Source: Acidobacteriota bacterium (GTDB lineage Bacteria; Acidobacteriota; UBA4820; DSQY01). Taken from it: 64,000 nt of DNA. Every line of letters begins with the position of its first letter. The first letter of the stretch is position 1. The stretch lies in the NCBI GenBank assembly GCA_049967655.1, contig JBMFSH010000002.1, forward strand, positions 112,718-176,717. Reading direction: 5' to 3'. Below are positions 57,001-64,000 of this stretch, piece after piece. Below the pieces are notes generated by a model. It did not search any database, was not told where the DNA came from, and saw only the letters and a program-made list of their open reading frames with translations. Made by a program: the position numbers and the translations under genes.

Positions 57001-57683
57001 AATTGGTCGAAGGCCCTTCCGTTGTAGCGCTTCCTGCTCGCGACCAGGTCGCCGTCCACCCACAGCTTGTAGGCCTCGTTGTAGCCGCCTCGAATGACGC
57101 ACGGCGTGTCCTTCTGCACTCGGATGAAGGTGAGGGCGTAGCCCGCCACGTTCTCCGTGGGGTCCATGACCTGGTCCAGGGGTACTACTCCGTTTACCAG
57201 GTGTTCGGGGACCGCCCTCCAGCTCACGGGGTGCGACTTGGCCACGTAGGAGGCCGCCATGTCGAGCTTGGTCTCGGGGGGATAGACGGCGTCGAAGCCC
57301 TGCTTGTTCTCGTCGTCGAAGGGGCCGATGACCCGCCAGGAGAGGATGTAGCCCATTTGCGCCTCCAGGCGTTCCGCCTCCTGGACCTTTCCGAGGTCCC
57401 GGTCCTCCCGGGCGAGAAGGTACGCCGCCTGGGCTTGCACCTCGGGCGCCGCATCGGCGGCATTCAGCACCTGCTGGAGCGTCTTTTCGAAGGCCGCTGG
57501 CGAATCCGTCGCATCCAGGTAGCCATAGGCGCGATAGAGGGCCACGATGGCCCGGGCTTGGCCTCGCCAGGCCCACAGGTCCGCCAGGGCAGATCGCTGG
57601 AGCTCTTGAACGGTGTCGGCCCGGGCGACCAACCCCAGCGCGAGCGCGAGGAGAAACATGACGGGGACGCTACGACGGCGCAT
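54021..57683 (-). CDS. Secreted TPR + DUF3857 + transglutaminase-like protein
   Basis: Signal peptide, W.VIGPF domain, TPRs, YVGLEFG, RFGDCKDKA, FNHAI and FLDGT (Cys-His-Asp triad). Confidence 0.88.
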   Translation of the reverse strand: MRRRSVPVMFLLALALGLVARADTVQELQRSALADLWAWRGQARAIVALYRAYGYLDATDSPAAFEKTLQQVLNAADAAPEVQAQAAYLLAREDRDLGKVQEAERLEAQMGYILSWRVIGPFDDENKQGFDAVYPPETKLDMAASYVAKSHPVSWRAVPEHLVNGVVPLDQVMDPTENVAGYALTFIRVQKDTPCVIRGGYNEAYKLWVDGDLVASRKRYNGRAFDQFADGCTLRRGWNTLLVKVCNSDGAWNFELRLTDEKGRALAGWTSTSDPAAVREPLDKVLAKNGLPPKGMEVNDPGKALKACSESHPDAASLEDYGQYLLTMRTYDRGDTSHLEILRKAAEASSGDPMPWLVLGDAERDHNKRRADYQKALDIAPKNPLALERMAHHYLDRGMPFPALQYLDRAVAAEPDCLLTRALQCQVRLQFASDGIGAADLQALYSAHPGCAVVQLAYLASLRKLGDPAQETETMERYRETHQGDTGAWYDAIADEVRTGHTGRVLELFSQMEARFPLDRMLIYRHASYLLAQNRPKEAEGIVASALKWCPDWPEGHDLQGDLMRALGESSKALAEYQVALTLRPQMESVKRKVSFLSPQGEGFESQYRVEPKDLPTDLGAFSGQQAVVLLDNTAIKVQPSGLSSRYVQMVIQILQPAAAQQLQTWPITFDPDRQEVRILDASILKPDGTKVHADVMVTDALSDPRYRLYYRNRNMVLSFPSLSAGDRLWIEYKISDIGERNEYGRYFGDIETFAGQSPILLKQYTLIMPSDLPLYVHAERMNTEPMVVTRSSEKIYRWVVRDIPQVEQEPDMPGFTDVLPYLHVSTFQDWDAMGAWYAKFISDQWQMTPEVKAKVAELIQGATTMEAKVSAIHRWVVQQTHYVGLEFGVHGFRPYKVGQIFERRFGDCKDKAILMAAMLRQAGLDACMVLVRTRDLGSIYPTPASLAIFNHAITYVPELNLFLDGTAEYSGLHELPYQDQGVWVQLVWPDGRTKRMETPVDKAADNQYRAVYRVDVPASGTSAQARGAVTVIGQQCAWLRQRFQDKDKLREQLEKDISGAFPGTHLSSATASDLADLSSPVTFSFDGTLGQVVSPDGEREVSLPVWMGQLNLFAGFAALAQRHYPLEIDYPWVQEYDVTFALPQGATAKTMAPVSIHTPFGSVTRTFSGGEGQVSVKLTVELAVREVSPQDYPAFRAFCQSADKAAGERLRVQLAGGKP

Positions 57684-58552
57684 CAAACACCCCTCAGATA
57701 GGCGGGCCGCAGCGGGAGCAATCCCCGCTCGGCGGCCCCGATGGCGGAAAGAATCTTGACTGTGTCACGCGAGAGACGGCCGCCAATGGGAAGCGGGTTG
57801 GAGGCGTGGTTCGCCCTGAATACCGTGTCCTTGAGGTCCAGCGCCCCCACCAACATCCCGAGCTCGCGGATGAGGGCCAGGTCGCCGGGCAGCGAGAACT
57901 TCCCGGCGGCCATCTGACGGAAGAGCGGCGCCTCGGGAACGGGGAACCAGGCCAGCACGGAGAGGTAGTGAGGTTGAATGGCGTTCACCGCGCGGGCCGT
58001 CGCCAGGGCGTGTTCCTCCGATCCCTCGCTCCCGCCCAACCCCAGCAGGACCATCACCGAGGATCGCAGCCCCGCCTCCTGTCCGCTGCGAATGGCCTCC
58101 ACCGCGGAGGCAGCATCTATCCCCTTGGCCACGCGGCGGAGAACCGCATCGCTGCCCGATTCCAGCCCCACGTAGAAGAGGGTCAACCCGGCGCTCGCAA
58201 GTGCCCTCAGCTCCTCCGGAGCCTTGGAGAGGAGGTTCAGGGGCGTGGCGTAGAGGCTCACCCGCCTCAGCTTCGGGAAGGCCGCGGAGAGAGCACGCAG
58301 GATCTCCATCAGGTGTTCGGTGGGCGCCGCCAGGGCGTCTCCGTCCGCCAGGAAAACCCTCGACGTCTCGGGCCAGAGACCTCCCGCTTCGGCGATTTCA
58401 TCCAGCATCTCATCCAGGGGCCGTACCTCGAAGCGCTTGTTGCGGTACATGGCGCAGAAGGTGCACGCGTTGTGGGAGCAGCCGACGGTGGCCTGGAGAA
58501 TAAGGCTGTCGGCCTCGGAGGGGGGTCTGAAGACCGGTTCTCGGTAGCGCAT
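57683..58552 (-). CDS. Radical SAM protein
   Basis: FRPPSEA.S, GCSHNACTFC.MY, FLADGDA, GLESG and FRANHASN motifs. Confidence 0.9.
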   Translation of the reverse strand: MRYREPVFRPPSEADSLILQATVGCSHNACTFCAMYRNKRFEVRPLDEMLDEIAEAGGLWPETSRVFLADGDALAAPTEHLMEILRALSAAFPKLRRVSLYATPLNLLSKAPEELRALASAGLTLFYVGLESGSDAVLRRVAKGIDAASAVEAIRSGQEAGLRSSVMVLLGLGGSEGSEEHALATARAVNAIQPHYLSVLAWFPVPEAPLFRQMAAGKFSLPGDLALIRELGMLVGALDLKDTVFRANHASNPLPIGGRLSRDTVKILSAIGAAERGLLPLRPAYLRGV

Positions 58553-58598
58553 CGTCCCTCGGCGACAGTTTTTAGTGTAGCCCCCCAACCCCGGACGG

Positions 58599-59261
58599 TC
58601 AAACTTCCGCCGGAAGACGCACGTCGGGAGGACGGATATACGTGGGCAGGAGCCTCGCGGCGGGCCGGCCCGAAGCCATGGCGGCCAGCGCTTCCCTAGC
58701 CGCTGGAACGGCGAGGTTCGGGACTTCGCCGATGAGCCGGCACTCCCCAGGCCAACCTCGCACCAGCGCTACCCCGTCTCCTGCCGCCCACATCGGCGAC
58801 GGCATCTCATCGAGCACGCGTTCCGTCGCCAGGGCCCGTGCCTCCCCCAGGGAAACCACCTCCCCCTCTCTCCTGAGAAACCGCTGGCAGTAAACCTGGG
58901 AGCGGCGCGCGTCCATGACCGCCAGTCCCCTCCCCTCGGCCGGCGCGGCGAGGGCGATGGCCCTGAGGCTCTGAAGGCCGTATGCCGGAATGGAGAGGGC
59001 GCGGGAGAGGCCCAGGGCGGAGGCCAGGCCGATGCGCAGGCCGGTAAAGGAGCCAGGGCCCGTGACGGCGCCGATGGCGCACAGGTCTTCCCGTTCGGCT
59101 CCGCAGCCGGCGAGAAGGGATTCGAGGGCGGGGACGAGCCGCGTGGCATGGGTCGCGGTGGCCTCTTCGCTGGCCGCGACCACCGCCCCACCCTCATCCA
59201 CGAGGGCCAGGCCTAGCCTGCGGGTACTCGTGTCCAGTCCCAGCGCCAACCGTGGGTTCAT
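58599..59261 (-). CDS. tsaB: tRNA t6A biosynthesis protein TsaB
   Basis: LGLDTST, GPGSFTGLRIG, DARR..VY and P.YIR motifs. Confidence 0.92.
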   Translation of the reverse strand: MNPRLALGLDTSTRRLGLALVDEGGAVVAASEEATATHATRLVPALESLLAGCGAEREDLCAIGAVTGPGSFTGLRIGLASALGLSRALSIPAYGLQSLRAIALAAPAEGRGLAVMDARRSQVYCQRFLRREGEVVSLGEARALATERVLDEMPSPMWAAGDGVALVRGWPGECRLIGEVPNLAVPAAREALAAMASGRPAARLLPTYIRPPDVRLPAEV

Positions 59262-59296
59262 TCCAGCACCTCTCCCCGAGATTCTCTCCGCCGGAT

Positions 59297-59330
59297 CAAA
59301 ACGAAAAGGGGGCCTGACCAGCAGGCCCCC
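59297..59330 (-). terminator. Intrinsic terminator
   Basis: Minus strand reads GGGGGCCTG-ctggt-CAGGCCCCC then TTTTCGTTTTG, downstream of 59355. Confidence 0.8.
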
Positions 59331-59354
59331 GCTATTCTACCCTTTCGGGCCTTC

Positions 59355-59729
59355 TCAGTTGAACATCTGAGCGATCTTGGAAATGCCGGGCATCTCCCAC
59401 TTCTCGCCGCCGAACGCCTTCACCCAGCCCATGATCATCATGACCAGGACCAGGACCCACCACGCGCAAAGAATCAATCCCACCAGGATATTGAGGAACG
59501 GGATGAACATGCCCACCATGCCGCAAATCCAGACGATCACGGCCACGATGGTCAACCCGAGGCCCTGGCGCGAATGCCAGTAGACGTACTCCTTCTGGGG
59601 ATCGGAGCGCTTATCCCGATACATGAAAAAGGGGACCAACGAAAAGATCCCAAAGTACGCCAAGAAGAGGAATATCTTGTCGTCGTCGGCATAGGGTTTT
59701 CCGCCGCCCACAGACCCGGTTTCGCTCAT
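59355..59729 (-). CDS. DUF4870-like small membrane protein
   Basis: LAY, YWHSRQGL, three TM helices and KA..GE.W.MP. GGAGG RBS. Confidence 0.78.
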   Translation of the reverse strand: MSETGSVGGGKPYADDDKIFLFLAYFGIFSLVPFFMYRDKRSDPQKEYVYWHSRQGLGLTIVAVIVWICGMVGMFIPFLNILVGLILCAWWVLVLVMMIMGWVKAFGGEKWEMPGISKIAQMFN

Positions 59730-59758
59730 GCACGGCCTCCCTTGTTTTCCTGCTAACC

Positions 59759-59786
59759 ATTATACCCCACGCCTTGCAAAATGCAA
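59759..59786 (-). promoter_or_regulatory. Sigma70 promoter with a palindrome overlapping -35
   Basis: TTGCAT-16 nt-TATAAT, with a TTGCA-N3-TGCAA inverted repeat at 59774-59786. Confidence 0.6.
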
Positions 59787-59817
59787 CACACCTTCCCGCA
59801 AGGCCCTCGAAGGCCCC

Positions 59818-60885
59818 CTACACCTCCTGAAAAATGAAGGGCCTCAGGCACTCCATGCGCTTCTCGTAGTCCTCCGGGTTCAAGAGCCAGGCCGCCGCCG
59901 CCACGCTGGACAGGAGGGAGTTGCCATCCTGGGGCGTGTAGCAGAAGCCGGTGATCTCGGTGCCCCTGTGGACCGCCAGGGAGTGGACGGGAAGCACGGT
60001 CTGGCTGAGGATCCGCCCGAAGTGGCCGTGGTCCCTTCCGAAGGAAAAGACCGTGTTGGCGGATTTCTTATAGGTCACCGCTACCCGCCGGTTTTCATCC
60101 ACGGCGGCCAGGAGTTTCTCGCGGGTCACGGGCTTCCTCACCTTGAGCTGGAACCAGATGATGTGCATGTACTGCGTGTTGAGCTTGATGGCGGAAGAGA
60201 AGAGGTCCAGGTCGAGATCAAGGGTCTTGAAGAGGTGCCAGGCGTCCCGGGCGTGGTGGGTGCCAAAGTCTGGGTCCTCGTGCTTCCCAGCCTGCGGCGA
60301 GGGCACGTAGGAGGAGTCCTGGCTGATGTCGTTGGCCCTGCGCATGCAGACGAAACGTCCCTCTACCAGGTTCTGAGGGCTGTTCCCGTTGTCCATCCCG
60401 AGGGTGTGCAGGATCACGGCGATGTTGTGCGTGTTGCAGGAGACCACCTGGATGAAGCGGTCCTCGCCAGGGACGAGCGCTCGGTCGTTGATGCCCCGGG
60501 CGTACATCTTTCCGAAGCCGAACTCGCTTCCCTGGGCGATGAAGCCCTTGACCATCCGGCCGATGGGAAGGTAGAGCTTCTCCTTCGTCTCGTTACCCAC
60601 GGGCGTGCAGTCGATCACCACGGAGGCCCGCTGGACCGCCTCCTCCTGGCTCATGGAAGGCTCCAACCCCATCTTTCTGAATCCCACCATGGCGGGCGGG
60701 TCCGTGGCTAGCTGCGCCCCTCGCTCCACGAGGGCACGGACCTTGGAGCGCTCTTCCAGGAGGGGCGACCGCTTGTGGAAGGTGACCTCGTCGATGCCCA
60801 GCGGCTCGCGCATGTCGCACAAGAGTCCGATGAGCGGTTCGCCGATCGTCCCGGTACCCACGACGTGAACGACCTTCTTGGCCAT
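59818..60885 (-). CDS. Archaeal-type (class II) GAPDH-like oxidoreductase
   Basis: VVGTGTIG, VIDCTP.G, QG.E, VVSCNTH, RRAND and HHARD motifs. GAGGTGAGG RBS. Confidence 0.72.
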   Translation of the reverse strand: MAKKVVHVVGTGTIGEPLIGLLCDMREPLGIDEVTFHKRSPLLEERSKVRALVERGAQLATDPPAMVGFRKMGLEPSMSQEEAVQRASVVIDCTPVGNETKEKLYLPIGRMVKGFIAQGSEFGFGKMYARGINDRALVPGEDRFIQVVSCNTHNIAVILHTLGMDNGNSPQNLVEGRFVCMRRANDISQDSSYVPSPQAGKHEDPDFGTHHARDAWHLFKTLDLDLDLFSSAIKLNTQYMHIIWFQLKVRKPVTREKLLAAVDENRRVAVTYKKSANTVFSFGRDHGHFGRILSQTVLPVHSLAVHRGTEITGFCYTPQDGNSLLSSVAAAAWLLNPEDYEKRMECLRPFIFQEV

Positions 60886-61233
60886 GGACCTCACCTCCCC
60901 GGAGCCGCAGGGCCTCCAAAAGATGACGGGCGGTCCCCCGTCTTGGGAAACCGGCGCCAGACGCACAGCGGGGGGCACCTTCGCGCCCCCGCTGATATTC
61001 ACGCTCTGCAAGCTTTCCCCGGCGCCGTCACCCGAACAATTCTTCAGGTACGTTCAGTATAAGCCCTCCCCGAAGGCTGGGCCATGAGGGGCCCTCTCAG
61101 CCGAATTTCGCGATGCAAACGCGGGTGCCTCCGGCTACCGCTCGGGTTCACGGGAGAAAGGCGTTGTCTCCTGGACGGGGAGGGCCATTCCCTCCCCGCC
61201 CCACGGGCAAAGCCCGATGGGGTCCCACCTCTT

Positions 61234-61360
61234 CCTTGGTGCCCTCTTCGCCTTCGGCTCGATGGCCCCCAATCCCTCAGTGGGTATGACACCCTTTTCC
61301 ACTGTGCATGATCTGTCCCGCCTTCCACGGCTATTCCCCTCCTCCATCGCGGGATTGGGG
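61234..61360 (+). repeat. Repeat copy A (inverted partner of 63873-63983)
   Basis: Internal inverted repeat CCCCAATCCC (61267-76)/GGGATTGGGG (61351-60). Its last 18 bp are the exact reverse complement of 63873-63890. Confidence 0.8.
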
Positions 61361-61363
61361 CTC

Positions 61364-63792
<2,429 letters not shown>

Positions 63793-63830
63793 TGTATCCT
63801 TTCTCCACTGGCTTGGAAAAACCAGGTGCG

Positions 63831-63859
63831 GTTATAGCATCTGCCCCGTGCAGGGTCAA
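63831..63859 (-). promoter_or_regulatory. Sigma70 promoter of metK-ahcY
   Basis: TTGACC-17 nt-TATAAC with an extended TG, about 40 nt upstream of the metK ATG. Confidence 0.75.
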
Positions 63860-63872
63860 GGGATAGGGCACT

Positions 63873-63983
63873 CCCCAATCCCGCGATGGAACGGGGGAAA
63901 GAGCATGGAAAACGGGCGGAACACCCTTATCACCTATCAAGGGATTGGGGCGCCCTCGAGCCAAGGGCGAGAGGGCGCCAAGG
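63873..63983 (-). repeat. Repeat copy B (inverted partner of 61234-61360)
   Basis: CCCCAATCCCGCGATGGA...GGGATTGGGG followed by CGCCCTCGAGCCAAGGGCGAGAGGGCGCCAAGG. May extend beyond the window. Confidence 0.8.
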
Positions 63984-64000
63984 GTGGGGTGAGGCTCCAC

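Noticed and set aside
61100..61225. c-di-GMP-I riboswitch or 6S RNA, suggested by GCAAA loops
   Set aside because: Element order and spacing do not fit the GEMM consensus, and there is no clear 6S-type rod with a central bubble. Kept only as unassigned hairpins.
63793..64000. SAM or SAH riboswitch upstream of metK-ahcY, and the 76-aa ORF at 63770-64000
   Set aside because: The promoter lies about 40 nt from the start codon, leaving no room for SAM-I, and I recognised no riboswitch consensus. The ORF just spans the repeat and promoter.

Overview
High-GC, gene-dense bacterial chromosome segment from a diderm organism (TolB, LptM-like lipoprotein). An Acidobacteriota-like origin is my inference only. 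Most of the window is housekeeping: recG (partial), acyl-CoA synthetase, mpl, tolB, recN, tatBC, larE, pgsA, tRNA-Arg(CCT), dapF, thiolase and crotonase, tsaB, ahcY, metK. I saw no CRISPR array, transposase or integrase. The most striking region is 12.9-24.2 kb. A 1906-aa secreted protein (beta-propeller repeats, PKD domains, alpha/beta-hydrolase with Asp at the nucleophile position) is followed by an unannotated 25-aa ORF at 18963-19040 (MGTILFLITVLVCSPAGGTIWGTTT). This ORF has a perfect RBS and its own promoter, whose spacer contains a G15 tract. Its last 12 residues match an internal segment of the large protein (SPAGTTVWGTTS) at 9/12 positions, mostly with different codons. Convergent with it is a soluble-adenylyl-cyclase-like tandem cyclase-STAND-TPR gene whose TPR part is lower in GC. 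Together these suggest a candidate undescribed peptide/cyclase signalling system. Other points of interest are inverted repeats flanking the metK-ahcY operon, an orphan PduS/PduT pair, three coupled zinc-ribbon genes, an active/inactive transglutaminase-like pair, a cNMP-FHA protein and an archaeal-type GAPDH homolog. Product calls come from motif recognition, not database searches.
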